NCBI RefSeq assembly: GCF_902713615.1
Contig: NC_052162.1
Span: forward strand, 118,168,574 to 118,232,573
Reading direction: 5' to 3'
Source of the DNA: Scyliorhinus canicula
Taxonomy: Eukaryota
DNA length: 64,000 nucleotides
Part shown: one piece after another, positions 23,465 through 36,722 of the stretch
Numbering within the stretch: the stretch's first letter is position 1
How the letters are laid out: the number at the start of each line of letters is the position of its first letter
The notes under the pieces: model-generated
The model's database searches: none
Seen by the model: the letters and a program-made list of their open reading frames with translations, nothing else
What the model was told of the DNA's origin: nothing
Position numbers and translations under genes: made by a program

Positions 23465-25113
23465 CAGCTCAATTTGACACGATTGGTGGAACAGATAGAG
23501 GAGGATTTCAAGAGATGGGATTTGTTGCCGCTCTCCCTGGCGGGTAGGGTGCAGTCGGTCAAGATGACGGTCCTCCCGAGGCTCCTGTTTGTGTTCCAGT
23601 GCCTGCCCATCCTAATCCCCAAGGCTTTTTCTAAATGGGTAAGCAGGAGCATCATGGGATTCGTATGGGCGAATAAGACTCCGAGGGTGAAGACGGCGTT
23701 TTTGGGGCGTAGCAGAGACAGAGGGGGGCTGACGCTGCCGAATCTATGTGGCTATTATTGGGCAGCTGATTTGGGGATGATCCGTAAGTGGGTGATGGAG
23801 GGGGAGAGGGCGTCGTGGAAGAGGCTAGAGGTGGTGTCTTGTGTGGGTACGAGTCTGGGGGCACTGGTGACTGCACCGTTGCTGCTCCAGCCGGCAAGGT
23901 ACACCACGAGTCCGGTGGTGGTGGCATCTCTGAAGATCAGGGAGCAGTGGAGGCGACATAGGGGCAAGGTGAGGGCCTCGGTCTGGTCCCCGATATGAGG
24001 GAACCACAGGTTTGTCCCGGGTAGGATGGATGGGGGATTTCTGAGCTGGTATCGGGCAGGGATTTTAAAAATGGGGGACCTATTCATCGATGGGCCTTTG
24101 TGCAGCCTAGGGGCGCTAGAGGAGAAATTTGGGTTACTTCCCAGGAATGCATTTAGGTACATGCAAGTGAGGGCGTTTGTGAGCCAGCAGGTGAGGGTAC
24201 TTCCGCTGCTCCCAGCACGAAGGATTCAGGACAGGGTGATTTCGGGCGTATGGGTTGGAGAAGGCAACCTATAAGGAACTTCAGGAAGTGGAGGAGGCCT
24301 CGGTGGAGGAATTAAAGGGCAAGTGGGAGGAGGAGCTCGGGGAGGAGCTGGATGAGGATCTGTGGGCTGATGCCCTGAGTCGGGTTAATTCCTCCTCCTC
24401 TTGTGCCAGGCTCAGCCTAATACAGTTCAAAGTTGTTCATAGGGTGCATATGACGGGGGCGAGGATGAGTAGGTTTTTTGGGGTGGAGGACAGGTGTGTG
24501 AGGTGCTCGGGGAGCCCAGCAAATCACACCCATACACTCTGGACGTGCCCAGCGCTGGAGGTGTTCTGGAGGGGCTTTGCGAAGACTGTGTCCAAAGTGG
24601 TGAACACCCGGGTCAAGCCGATCTGGGCAATAGCATTATTCGGGGTATGGGACGAGCCGGGAGTGCAGGAGCCGAAAGAGGCCGGTGTTCTGGCCTTTGT
24701 GTCCCTGGTAGCCCGGCGGAGGATCCTACTAATGTGGAGGGATGCGAAGCCCCCAAGCTTGGAAGCTTGGATTAATGATATGGCTGGGTTCATCAAGCTG
24801 GAAAGGATAAAGTTTGCCTTGCGACGGTGTCTGTTCAGGGGTTCTTCAGACGGTGGCAACCGTTCCTAGACTTTCTAGCGGAACGTTTGGTGTAGGTCAA
24901 CAGCAGCTGCATCCGGGGGGGGGGGGGCTTTTGTTTAGGTTAGAGTGGAGCGTTTTCCTTGCTGGTGTCTTTATTTGTTAAATGGTGGTTATTGTATTTT
25001 GTTGGAAATACCATGTATAATTTTTGCTTGTTTTGTGCTTTACCTCTTTTTCTGTTTGGAGTGTTTGGTTGAAAATCGTTGAAAATTTGAATAAATATAT
25101 TTGAAAAAAAAAA
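23465..25113 (+). mobile_element. L1-clade LINE, 5'-truncated
   Basis: LSLAGRVQSVKMTVLPR and CARLSLIQFKVVHR; AATAAA plus poly(A) at ~25090-25113. Confidence 0.9.
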
Positions 25114-25739
25114 CTCTGGGTACGATCTACTAGCTGTGTTGCGCCCGAACAGGAGCACCGTGCAGCCGGTAGATGTAGCTTCCCCCAGGCTTCCAGGCAG
25201 GTGATACACCTCATTAGATCTAACCCGGTCTCGCACAGCGTCGTGATCAGGATCTCACCCACAATGGGTGGGATTAAGCCTCGAACACTTAACTGGGTTT
25301 AAAACCCAGGATCTATCAGCTCCTGGCATCTACCGGCCTCACCAGGGAAACCCCAGCCAGGCGCCGTTCAGTACTGGTCCACACAGACATGGGAAGCCCT
25401 GAGAAAGGGGGGGTCATCAGTGACCCCATAGCCCATGGGGAGTTGTGGGATAACGCCATGTGTGTGAGGAGTGAGATTGCTCGTGGGTGGGGGAGCCTCA
25501 AGCTGACTTATAGAAATTGGGGCACCCTTTCCAAATGGTGGGCCGATCTGTGAGAAGCCAGTCAGGACGGCGACTTCAGCTCCCCAGTGATGAAGATGAT
25601 TCTCAGTGTGGGCTTGACCGGGGAGAATTCCCCAGGGCCCAGAAAAGTGACAAAATGTGGTCAAATTGCGGCGGAGAACTTGCCGACAGAGTCAGGGAGA
25701 AATTCACAACAAACCTGCCACAAATAACACTTTGAAACA

Positions 25740-25922
25740 GGGGCTGTTTAGCACAGGGCTAAATCGCTGGCTTTGAAAACAGACCAAGCAGGCCAGCAGC
25801 ACGGTTCGATTCCTGTAACAGCCTCCCCCAACAGGCGCTGGAATGTGGCGACTAGGGGCTTTTCAGAGTAACTTCATTTTGAAGCCTACTCGTGACAATA
25901 AGCGATTTTCATTTCATTTCAT
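25740..25922 (+). mobile_element. Short (~180 bp) tRNA-derived SINE
   Basis: GGGGCTGTTTAGCACAGGGCTAAA..GGTTCGATTCC..GTGACAATAAGCGA(TTTCA)n. Confidence 0.8.
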
Positions 25923-26353
25923 GCCCTCTCCTTCTCTTTCCACAGATGCTGCCGGACCTGCTCAATTTTTCCAGTTCTTTCTGTATCTATGTTAAATTTG
26001 TCTGTGGTGACGGAACACTATTTACTGTCAAGGATAAAATAAATGTCCTTCCTCAGCCTTTGTGGATCATTTCAGTGGAAATGTGCTCTCCCAGGCTCAA
26101 AGAGCAACAGCCCACTGGAAGCAAAGTCTTGAGACCGGCCAGTCCAGCAGAAAGAAACCCTCCGACCCTCCCACTTCACCAAGTGTCAGAATGAACATGG
26201 TTCCGTCCTGGATGTGATTAACAGCAGCAACTGTAGCAGAATCCAACTCCTTCAATGACTTGAGAACTCGTTGGTGTCTCAGCAGGCTGGATAACTGAGT
26301 GAATCCCTTTCCACACTGAGAGCAGGTGAATGGCATCTCTCCGGTGTGAACTC

Positions 26354-26510
26354 GGTTCAGCACACTGGCTAAATCACTGGCTTTTAAAGCAGACCAAGGC
26401 AGGCCAGCAGCACAGTTCAATTCCCGTACCAACCTCCTGAACAGGCGCCGGAATGTGGCGACTAGGGGCTTTTCACAGTAACTACAGTGACAATAGGTGA
26501 TTTTCATTTC
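26354..26510 (+). mobile_element. Short SINE inside ZNF pseudogene 2
   Basis: Same family as 25740-25922. Confidence 0.8.
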
Positions 26511-26528
26511 AGTGTAGATGATGTTCTA

Positions 26529-26687
<159 letters not shown>

Positions 26688-26881
26688 CTAAGTGAATCCC
26701 CTCCCACACACACTGCAGGTGAACGGCCTCTCCCCGGAGTGAACTCTCTGGTGTGTCAGCAGGTTGGTTAATTGAGAGAATCTCTTCCCTCACAGAGCAG
26801 GTGAACGGTCTCTCCCCAGAGTGAACTCGCTGGTGTGTCAGCAGTTGGGGTGAATGACTGAATCCCTAACCACACTCAGAA

Positions 26882-27096
26882 CAGATAGAACATAGATACG
26901 GGCAATTTAGCATGGCCAATCCACCTAACCCACACATCTTTGGACTGTGGGAGGAAACCGGAGCACCCGAAGGAAACCCACGCACACACTGGGAGGACGT
27001 GCAGACTCCGCACAGACAGTGACCCAAGCCGGAATCGAACCTGGGACCCTGGAGCTGTGAAGCATTTATGCTAACCACCATGCTACCGTGCTGCCC
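26882..27096 (-). mobile_element. V-SINE inside ZNF pseudogene 2
   Basis: V-SINE head and core with a shortened tail. Confidence 0.85.
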
Positions 27097-27744
27097 AAAT
27101 GAATGTTCTCTCCCCAGTGTGAACACGTCGATGTGTTTCCAGCACCGATGGGGAGCAGAATCCCTTCCCACAGTCCCCACATTTCCACGGTTTCTTCATG
27201 GTGGCTCTCCAGGTTCGATGATCAGCTGAGTTATCCACACTGAACGTGAGTACGGTTTCTCCCCGCTGTGAATAGTGTGATGTGTTTTCAGGCTGTGTAA
27301 CTGGTTAAAGCTCTTTCCACAGTCAGTGAACTGGAACACTCTCACTCAGATGCCTGGGTCTTGGTAGATTTTCAGCTCAGACTGATGTTTAAAGCCTTTT
27401 GAAGAAGACAGAACAGTAAAATTATTTTTCCTTCTTGATTGAAAGGCCGATGATAATCATGTCCTGATGAATCAAGTGACTGTCAGATCTTCATCTGAGA
27501 TTTAATTTGAGATTTCTGTCTGCAAATCCTCACTTTCTGATGTCCTGTAAAATGAGTTTACAAAAGCCATCACTGTCAGCACAGTATAGAAATTAAGAAC
27601 AGACAATTCTAGTTTCGCTGGAATATTCAGTCCTCTTTCATTCCTCAAAAACTGCAAATCTCCATCCCACACACTCACCCTCCATTCTCACACTGCTGTA
27701 TCTAATATTCACCCTCACAATTCTCCTGAAAGTCTTTCTGCAGC

Positions 27745-28083
27745 TATGATAGCATAGTGGTTAGCACAGTTGCTTCACAGCTCCAGGGTCCCAGGTTCGA
27801 TTCCTGGCTTGGGTCACTGTCTATGCGGAGTCTGCACATTCTTCCCGTGTCTGCGTAGGTTTCCTCCAGGTGCTCCGGTTTCCTACCACAGTCCAAAGAA
27901 GTGCAGGTTAGGTGGATTGGCCATGTTAAATTGGCCTTAGTGTTCAAAAAGGTTGGGTGGGGTTACTGGGTTACAGGGAGGGTGGAGGTGCGGGCTTGGG
28001 TAGGGTGCTCTTTCCAAGGACTGGTGCAGACTCAATGGGCTGAATTGCCTCCTTCTGCACTGTAAATTCTATGATTCTATGAT
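27745..28083 (+). mobile_element. V-SINE with CR1-type (TTCTATGA)n tail
   Basis: Head and core plus GGGCTGAATTGCCTCCTTCTGCACTGTAAATTCTATGATTCTATGA. Confidence 0.85.
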
Positions 28084-28649
28084 ATGTCTATATTACTGGA
28101 CTAAAATTTTGGGTAATGTACAGAACTGTATGATTTTATTAGATATTTAGAGATGTTTGTGTGGTGGTGGTGGGGGGGAGTGTGTGGCGGTGGTGGGGGG
28201 AGGTGGAGGGGGTGGTGGGGGGAGGTGGAGGGGGTGGTGGGGGGAGGGGGTGGTGGGGGGAGGGGGGTGTTCAAGACTGCATGGGGTTGCTTCAAGGAAG
28301 AACTTTATTTTGGAGGAAGAGCTCTCGAACCTCCTGCCTCTGAAGTTGGTGGTAGCAGAGATGATTAAGAATTTTAAAATGAAATTAAATGGGTACATGA
28401 AGGAAATAAACTTTCAGGGGAACAGGGACTGGTTGTTTAGCTGTACAGAGTCGGAATGGACAAGCTATTAAATTGATTTGTTCTGTGCCATAATGGCTCT
28501 ATGTCTGGAAATATGTACATAGCTTTAGTATTATATTACAAGACTAGAAATATTAGTTAATATACCTTATTACAGAACCAAAAATAATACATCTAATCTG
28601 TACCATATAACAACACTGGGCATATCTCGCCCATATTAACTTACTGTCC

Positions 28650-29400
28650 CCTTAAATGTCAGCCATCTCCAGGGGAATCCAGCCCCTTATCTGTGAACAT
28701 TAGGAAAGAGACCATCCTTTTAGCCAGACAAATAAATGTGGGGCTGATTTAGCACAGGGCCCAATCGCTGGCTTTGAAAGCAGACTGAGGCAGGCCAGCT
28801 GCTCGGTTCAATTCCTGTACCAGCCTCCCCGAACAGGTACTGGAATGTGGCGACATTACAGTAACTTCATTTGAAGCCTACTTGTGACAATAAGCGATTT
28901 CCATTTCATTTTTTCGTGTGTCAAGCTGAGGGACCAAAGGATATCAATGTCTTTAAGAGAGAGCCATGATGTGGAGAGAGAGAGAGAGCCATGATGTTTA
29001 AGAGAGAGAGAGAGACCTGGGCCAAGCTTTCCAGAGTCTGCACCCTCCCTGGATTCACTTCCTTTCCCTTCAGTTGAGGTCAGAATGAGACAATAAATGG
29101 AAAGGGAAGAAAAGAAAGTGTTTTACTCACAGAGGTTGAAAACAGGAGGAAGGTTTAGTCTGTGTGACGCTCAATTATCACTCACACAAAGCCCGCGCTC
29201 TGATTGGCTGGAGAACCAGAGTACCTCCCGTTCTCAAACTTTTTTTATTTGTCAACATCTCAGCCGGGAGGTCAGGAAGCGGGCTCTTTCCCGCATGTGC
29301 TCATCTACCCCCCTTCCCCCACCATTCCCCACCCATGGACATGCGCAGTCCCGGGCCGCCCGCCCGCGCGGCGGATAGAGCGGTTTCCCCAGCGTGGGGG
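28650..29400 (-). promoter_or_regulatory. ZNF pseudogene 2 intron start, exon 1 and CpG-rich promoter
   Basis: Same arm as the other cassettes, donor CCTCT|GTGAGT; CCAAT, CATGCGCA and CpG-rich 29270-29420. Confidence 0.6.
28740..28914 (+). mobile_element. Short SINE
   Basis: Same family as 25740-25922; splits AATGTG|TCAAG of the conserved arm. Confidence 0.8.
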
Positions 29401-30559
29401 AGCCTGGGAGCTACGGACGCCATTACTCATCCGGGGACCAGTCACCAAACCCATGGGATTGGGATGAAAAGTTGGGTGGGGAGCGCACTCACCCCACCCT
29501 GACACAAAGTACATGTCGGCAGTCACTGGATTTGATTGTGACACCCCCCCCCTTAGCAAAATTTTTTTTAACTTCATGTGGAAACATTTAGGCACTGGGT
29601 GACATTGGGGAGAGCAATAGGTGAGAGTGAAACTGAACCCCAGAGTCAGCACCTTCAGGGAAGGAGAATTGGGTGGAAAGCAGGAGGAATGCAAGAGGGA
29701 GGATTGCGAGTGTGAGTGCACACCAATGCGAAGGCAAATGTACACCGAGCGTGAGGGCACACTGAGCACGAAGCCATACCTTGCACGAGCGCACATCGAG
29801 CGCAAAGCCATACTGAGGGCGAGTACACACTGATTGTGGCAGATCAACATCATGCCGAGTGCGAGGGACACCGAATGTGAGGGCCCTGTTCACTATGTAT
29901 TTGTTTATTCTGTAATTGGTTCCCTCATGTCACTGTGATGCTCCAGTTATCCATTTTTACAACTACACTGTCGTGTATTGTAGTGTATTGAAGCCCGTAG
30001 AATGGCACGGTGCTGTCTCTTTGTGATTTACGGTTATTGTGGTGTGCGGACTGTTCATGGACCAGGTTTCGTCTGTTTCTTTGCAATGGTGAAATGACAG
30101 TGATTTTGCGGTATTTTACCTATTTACTGTTTTATGTTGGTGTTTTGTATTTTGTTTTTATGTATACGGAAGAATTATTGAACAATTCAAGATGTAAAAC
30201 TTGTCTGCAGGTTGTGTTTCTCTGAGTTTCTGTTGTTTTGGCTGTAACTCTGTTTCCAGACCTGGTGTTTTGTATGGTGACTGCCTTTTTCTAACTTTGC
30301 AGCCAGAACCTATCCAAGGTTGTACATTCCTGCTACCGGTTTGATGAAGGGCAGCAGTAGCCTGCTGTAAGGGGTGGATTTTGGTTGGCATGCTGCCGGG
30401 CTGAAGGTGGAGGAGAGCTCAATCTTGCAGTCTTTGAACTAGACGGGGTCGGGAGACCAGGATTGGGTACTGTGGGAGAGGCAAGGCAGGGGCCCAATTG
30501 ACTGTGTAATTCAGAGGTCTTATCAGGGTATCTCATAACCTACTGGTGACTCCTGTGTT

Positions 30560-31378
30560 TGTTTGTTTTTAATATATTTTATTACAAACATGGATCAACG
30601 CAGGTTACAGCAAATAAACACCCCGGGAAACATACTTCCCAGCAATCAACTATACAATGTGTACAGATTTCCCCCCATTTTCACCCACCCCCCCACCCCC
30701 CACCCCACGACAAACAGCCCCTCACACATAGTCACAAACATCCCCCACCTTTCCTCAAAGCCCGCTGAAGAGCCCCTTAACTCATACTTTATATTTTCTA
30801 ACCACAGGAAGTCATACGGGTCACACAACCAAGCCGCCATCCCCAATGGCCATGCCGACCACCACTTCAGCAAAATTTGCTGCCGTGCAATCAGAGAGGT
30901 GAACGCCACAACATCGACTTTCGACATCTGCATGAAACCCAAAATATTGCCACCAAAGGGTCCCGGTCCACCTCCTCCTCCACAATCTTGGCTAAGACCG
31001 CGAACTCTCCTGCCCAGAATCTTCCCAATTTTTTGCAATCACAAAACATGTACACCTAATTCGCTGGCCCCCACCCACACCTCTCACACCGATCTGCTAC
31101 CCCCTGGAAGAAGCCACTCATTCTCGCCTGAGTCATATGCACCCTGTGCACCACCTTAAACTGTTCAGGCACAACCTTGCACAAGAGGGGGTCCCGTTTA
31201 TCCTATGCAGTGCCTCATTCCATTCTCCCCAATTGATCTCCCCTCCCAACTCTGCTTCCCATTTCTCCTTGATCTTCACCACCGACTCGCCTCTCTGCTC
31301 CCCCAGCCACTTGTATATATATCCCAAATTCTTCCCTCCACTTCCGCATCCTGAAGCAACAGCTGCTCCAGCAGGATG
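30560..31378 (-). mobile_element. L1-clade LINE 3' fragment (second subfamily)
   Basis: KWEAELGGEI..CARL and AFTSLIARQQILLKW..IKYELRGS. Confidence 0.75.
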
Positions 31379-31972
31379 ACCTGTGTTTGTGGCTGCTCCT
31401 TGTTTGGGGGCAATGCAGGGTGCTGATGTTTTTCTTTTGAACTGATGTTAGTCTCTGTGTAACTGGTGAGGAATTGTATGTTTGCTATCGTCTTATTGTT
31501 TTTTCCCCAGCGGCTGTGTGCTTACCAAATGTGGCCCCTGAAACAGGGGAGTTTGTGTGTGTTCAGCAAACGCGATAGTTTCACTTAGGTAAAAGATCAA
31601 CCAAAATTGGGAACTATTCAAATTTTGATCAAAACGTAATTGCGAAAAACAATGTATTTACCAATTGAAATGAGTTCTTACTAATTACTGATAATGTCCA
31701 CCGGATGTTGCGTTGTAAGTTTCACAGGAGCCACAGTGAGAAGGTTGGTGGGTTTTGTAAATTGGAAGTGACACATGAGCAGCTTGTTGGGCTGTTTCGT
31801 CTCACTGTCGATTTCATGTTCCAGCAAACGACAATCGGTGTTCTGATTGGCTGAAGATTTCTCTTATGTTCATTCTAAACATGGAAGTTTTTATATTTCA
31901 AATGAAAGCTCGGACATGAATATAAAAGGTGAATGATATAGTGTCAGGCGGTATAGCTTTTGCGTGTCAGTT

Positions 31973-32044
31973 TCCCTGGTGGTCTAGTGGTTAGGATTCG
32001 ACGCTCTCACAGCCGTGGCCCGGGTTAGATTCCCGGTCAGGGAA
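31973..32044 (+). tRNA. tRNA-Glu(CTC), probable pseudogene
   Basis: TCCCTGGTGGTCTAGTGG..GGTCAGGGAA. Anticodon-stem mismatches, B-box TTCGA>TTAGA and no T-run terminator. Confidence 0.7.
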
Positions 32045-33240
32045 TGATACATTATTGTTGTCCACAAAACTGTTCAACGAAGCTGTATCGCAGTTTCACA
32101 GAAAGGAGCTCTGCTGGAATCAGGTAATTGACATTTGTTATTTCGCGTGAGAGCTGGCAAAGTTACAAGTGCACAGGTCAACAATAAACACAGAGGCAGG
32201 AAGAAATGGGCTGTGATTGGTGCAAAGGAAGCGAGATTGTGAAGCAGCAGAAATCTGGCTGGTGTTGAGCCAGCTTTTATTGCTCACACAAACAAAATTA
32301 TCTCCCAGATCTGGTTCCAAATCTTGGGTGTGATGACAAGAAAACTTCTAACTGAAATTATTCAGTCCATTGAGGTCACAGGAGCTGAATAAAACAGAAG
32401 AAGCTCAAAGGTAGTGCCACTCTCTGAGGAATTGTGGAAATGTTGCTGGGAGGTTAAGTGAGCTGAATAAAAGCTACCTGCATGTTTCTGAGCCTGTGCT
32501 CGGTGTATTGGGAGGTTTGCTCCTGGTTGGAGTGTCCCCGGGATGGGCAGTAACCAGCAGATTGAAGCTGCAGTCTCCACGTTCTGCTGGCAGCGAGTGA
32601 ATGGAGAGTTTGGGTAAAATCCTGCTGCTTGCCCCTCACTCACCCACTGTGGAGCCGGGCAAGAATTAATCTCATTCAAAACTTGTGGAAGTGTAAATTT
32701 CACAAGCTGTGAGATGACGTATTGTGCTAATGTTTAACAACAAATTGGAACGAGGAAGCTTTGCCTCATAGTTACAGATGAGTACGTTTTAATGTTCTGC
32801 ACAGTATGAAACAGGGGAGTTTGTGTATGTTCAGCAAACGTGATAGTTTCACTTCGGTAAAAGATCAACAAAAATTGGGAACTATGCAAATTGTGATCAA
32901 AACGTAATTGCAAAAAACAATGTATTTAACAATTGAAATGAGTTCTTACTAATTACTGATAATGTCCGCCGGATGTTGCGTTGTAAGTTTCACAGGAGCC
33001 ACAGTGAGAAGGTTGGTGGATTTTGTAAATTGGAAGTGACACATGAGCAGCTTGTTGGGCTGTTTCGTCTCACTGTCGATTTCATGTTCCAGCAAACGAC
33101 AATCGGTGTTCTGATCGGCTGAAGATTTCTCTTATGTTCATTCTAAACATGGAAGTTTGTATATTTCTAATGAAAACTCGGACATGAATATAAAAGGTGA
33201 ATGATATAGTGTCAGGCGGTATAACTTTTGCGTGTCAGCT

Positions 33241-33312
33241 TCCCTGGTGGTCTAGTGGTTAGGATTCGGCGTTTTCATCGCCGTGGCCCGGGTTCGATTC
33301 CCGGTCAGGGAA
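33241..33312 (+). tRNA. tRNA-Glu(TTC), apparently intact
   Basis: Perfect CGGCG/CGCCG anticodon stem, loop TT-TTC-AT, intact A/B boxes, followed by TTTTT. Confidence 0.9.
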
Positions 33313-34502
33313 TGATAAATTTTTGTTGTCCACAAAACTGTTCAACGAAGCTGTATCGCAGTTTCACAGAAAGGAGCTCTGCTAGAATCAGTTAATTGAC
33401 ATTTGCAGTTTCGCGTGAGAGCTGGCAAAGTTACAAGTGCATAGGTCAACAATAAACATAGAGGCAGGAAGAAATGGGCCGTGATTGGCTGCAAACAAAG
33501 AGAGATTATGAAGCAGCAGAAATCTGGCCGGTGTTGAGCCAGCTTTTATTGCTCACACAAACAAAATTATCTCCCAGACTGGTTCCAAATCTTGGGTGTG
33601 ATGACAAGAAAACTTCTAACTGAAATTATTCAGTCCATTGAGGTCACAGGAGCTGAATAAAACAGAAGAAGCTCAAAGGCAGTGCCACTCACTGAGGAAT
33701 TGTGGAAATGGGAGGTTAAGTGAGCTGAATATAAGCTACCTGCATGTTTCTGAGCCTGTGCTCAGTGTATTGGGAGGTTTGCTCCTGGTTGGAGTGTCCC
33801 CGGGATGGGCAGTAACCAGCAGATTGAAGCTGCAGTCTCCACGTTCTGCTGGCAGCGAGTGAATGGAGAGTTTGGGTAAAATCCGGCTGCTTGCCCCTCA
33901 CTCACCCACTGTGGAGCCGGGCAAGAATTAATCTCATTCAAAACTTGTGGAAGTGTAAATTTCACAAGGCTGTGAGATGACGTATTGTGCTAATGTTTAA
34001 CAACAAATTGGAACGAGGAAGCTTTGCCTCATAGTTACAGATGAGTACGTTTTAATGTTCTGCACAGTATGAAACAGGGGAGTTTGTGTGTGTTCAGCAA
34101 ACGTGATAGTTTCACTTCGGTAAAAGATCAACCAAAATTGGGAACTATTCAAATTTTGATGAAAACGTAATTGCGAAAAACAATGTATTTAACAATTGAA
34201 ATTAGTTCTTACTAATTACTGATAATGTCCGCCGGATGTTGCGTTGTAAGTTTCACAGGAGCCACAGTGAGAAGGTTGGTGGGTTTTGTAAATTGGAAGT
34301 GACACAGAGCAGCTTGTTGGGCTGTTTCGTCTCACTGTCGATTTCATGTTCCAGCAAACGACAATCGGTGTTCTGATCGGCTGAAGATTTCTCTTATGTT
34401 CATTCTAAACATGGAAGTTTGTATATTTCTAATGAAAACTCGGACATGAATATAAAAGGTGAATGATATAGTGTCAGGCGGTATAACTTTCGCGTGTCAG
34501 TT

Positions 34503-34574
34503 TCCCTGGTGGTCTAGTGATTAGGATTCGGCGCTTTCACCGCCACGGCCCGGGTTCGATTCCCGGTCAGGGAA
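34503..34574 (+). tRNA. tRNA-Glu(TTC), variant
   Basis: Loop CT-TTC-AC; D-loop GG>GA and one anticodon-stem mismatch; T6 terminator. Confidence 0.75.
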
Positions 34575-35765
34575 TGATCAATTTTTGTTGTCCACAAAAC
34601 TGTTCAACAAAGCTGTATTGCAGTTTCACAGAAAGGAGCTCTGCTAGAATCAGATAATTGACATTTGTAGTTTCGCATGAGAGCTGGCAAAGTTACAAAT
34701 GCACAGGTCAACAATAAACACAGAGGCAGGAAGAAATGGGCAGTGATTGGCTGCAAACGAAGAGAGATTATGAAGCAGCAGAAATCTGGCCGATGTTGAG
34801 CCAGATTTTATTGCTCACACAAACAAAATTACCTCCCAGATCTGGTTCCAAATCTTGGGTGTGATGACAGGAAAACTTCTAACTGAAATTATTCAGTCTA
34901 TTGAGGTCACAGGAGCTGAATGAAACAGAAGAAGCTCAAAGGTAGTGCCGCTCACTGAGGAATTGTGGAAATGGGAGGTTAAGTGAGCTGAATATAAGCT
35001 ACCTGCATGTTTCTGAGCCTGTGCTCGGTGTATTGGGAGGTTTGCTCCTGGTTGGAGTGTCCCCGGGATGGGCAGTAACCAGCAGATTGAAGCTGCAGTC
35101 TCCGCGTTCTGCTGGCAGCGAGTGAATGGAGAGTTTGGGTAAAATCCGGCTGCTTGCCCCTCACTCACCCACTGTGGAGCCGGGCAAGAATTAATCTCAT
35201 TCATACCTCCTGGAAGTGTAAATGTCACAAGCTGTGAGATGACGTATTGTGCTAATGTTTAACAACAAATTGGAACGAGGAAGCTTTGCCTCATAGTTAC
35301 AGATGAGTAAGTTTTAATGTTCTGCACAGTATAAAACAGGGGAGTTTGTGTATGTTCAGCAAACGTGATAGTTTCACTTCGGTAAAAGATCAACAGAAAT
35401 TGGGAACTATTCAAATTTTGATCAAAACGTAATTGCGAAAACCAATGCATTTAACAATTGAAATGAGTTCTTACTAATTACTGATAATGTCCCCCGGATG
35501 TTGCGTTGTAAGTTTCACAGGAGCCACAGTGAGAAGGTTGGTGGGTTTTGTAAATTGGAAGTGACACATGAGCAGCTTGTTGGGCTGTTTCGTCTCACTG
35601 TCGATTTCATGTTTCAGTAAACAGCAATCGGTGTTGTGATTGGCTGAAGATGTCACTTGTGTTCATTCTAAACATGTAATTTTGTATATTTCTAATGAAA
35701 ACTCGGACATGAAAATAAAAGGTGAATCATATACTGTCAGGCGGTTTAAATTTTGCTCGTCAGTT

Positions 35766-35836
35766 TTATGGCGGTCTGGTGGTTAGGTTTCGGCATTTTC
35801 ACCGCCGCGGCGTGGGTTCGATTACCGGCCAGGGAA
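35766..35836 (+). pseudogene. tRNA-Glu(TTC) pseudogene
   Basis: Acceptor stem disrupted (TTATGG start) and multiple substitutions. Confidence 0.7.
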
Positions 35837-36200
35837 TGATGAATTATTGTTGTCCACCAAACTGTTCAACGAAGCTGTATCACAGTTTCACAGAAAAGAG
35901 CTCTCCCTTAAATACTTAAGCAAAATTTGTCGTTTCAAGTCAGAGCTGGAAAGGTTGCAAGTGTAGCAGGTCAACAATAAACACAGAGGCAGGAAGAAAT
36001 GGACAGCGATTGGCTGCAAAGGAAGAGAGATTATGAAGCAGCGGAAATCTGGGTGGTGTTGGGCCAGCTTTTATTGCTCGCCCAGACAAAATTATCTCCC
36101 AGATCTGGGTCCAAATCTTGGGTGTGATGACAAGAAAACATCAAACTGAAATTATTCAGTCCATTGAGGTCACAGGAGCTGAATACAACAGAAGATGTTT

Positions 36201-36535
36201 GGGGCAGCAGGGTAGCATGGTGGTTAGCATCAATGCTTCACAGCTCCAGGGTCCCAGGTTCGATTCCCGGCTGGGTCACTGTCTGTGTGGAGTCTGCACG
36301 TCCTCCCCCTGTGTGCGTGGGTTTCCTCCGGGTGCTCCGGTTTCCTCCCACAGTCCAAAGATGTGCGGGTTAGGTGGATTGGCCATGCTAAATTGCCCGT
36401 AGTGTTAAAAGTAGGGTTAAGGGGGAGGTTGTTCAGTTACCGGTATAGGGTGGATACGTGGGTTTGAGTAGGGTGATCATGGCTCGGCACAACATTGAGG
36501 GCCGAAGGGCCTGTTCTGTGCTGTACTGTTCTATG
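36201..36535 (+). mobile_element. V-SINE with CR1-type tail in array unit 4
   Basis: Nearly identical to 5902-6247. Confidence 0.9.
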
Positions 36536-36650
36536 AAGCTGTATCACAGTTTCACAGAAAAGAGCTCTGCTAGAATCAGTTAAGTGACATTTGTAGTTTC
36601 ACGTGAGAGCTGATATAATGTCAGCCGGGTTAAAATTCTACTTGTCAGTT

Positions 36651-36722
36651 TCCCTGGTGGTCTAGTGGTTTATATTCGGCGCTCTCACCGCTGCGGCCCG
36701 GGTTCGATTCTCGGTCAGGGAA
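36651..36722 (+). tRNA. tRNA-Glu(CTC), D-stem mutated (likely pseudogene)
   Basis: CGGCG-CT-CTC-AC-CGCTG; TTAGGAT>TTTATAT in the D arm; B-box intact. Confidence 0.7.

Noticed and set aside
25740-25922. SINE heads as tRNA genes
   Set aside because: They have A/B boxes but no full cloverleaf, and they continue into SINE bodies.
28101-28471. Poly-Pro/Gly ORFs
   Set aside because: Low-complexity G-rich tract (~28160-28270) in an intron.
33638-35656. Repeated 60-113 aa ORFs in the tRNA-array spacers
   Set aside because: Repeated only because of the tandem unit; frames differ between units by indels and no domain is recognisable.
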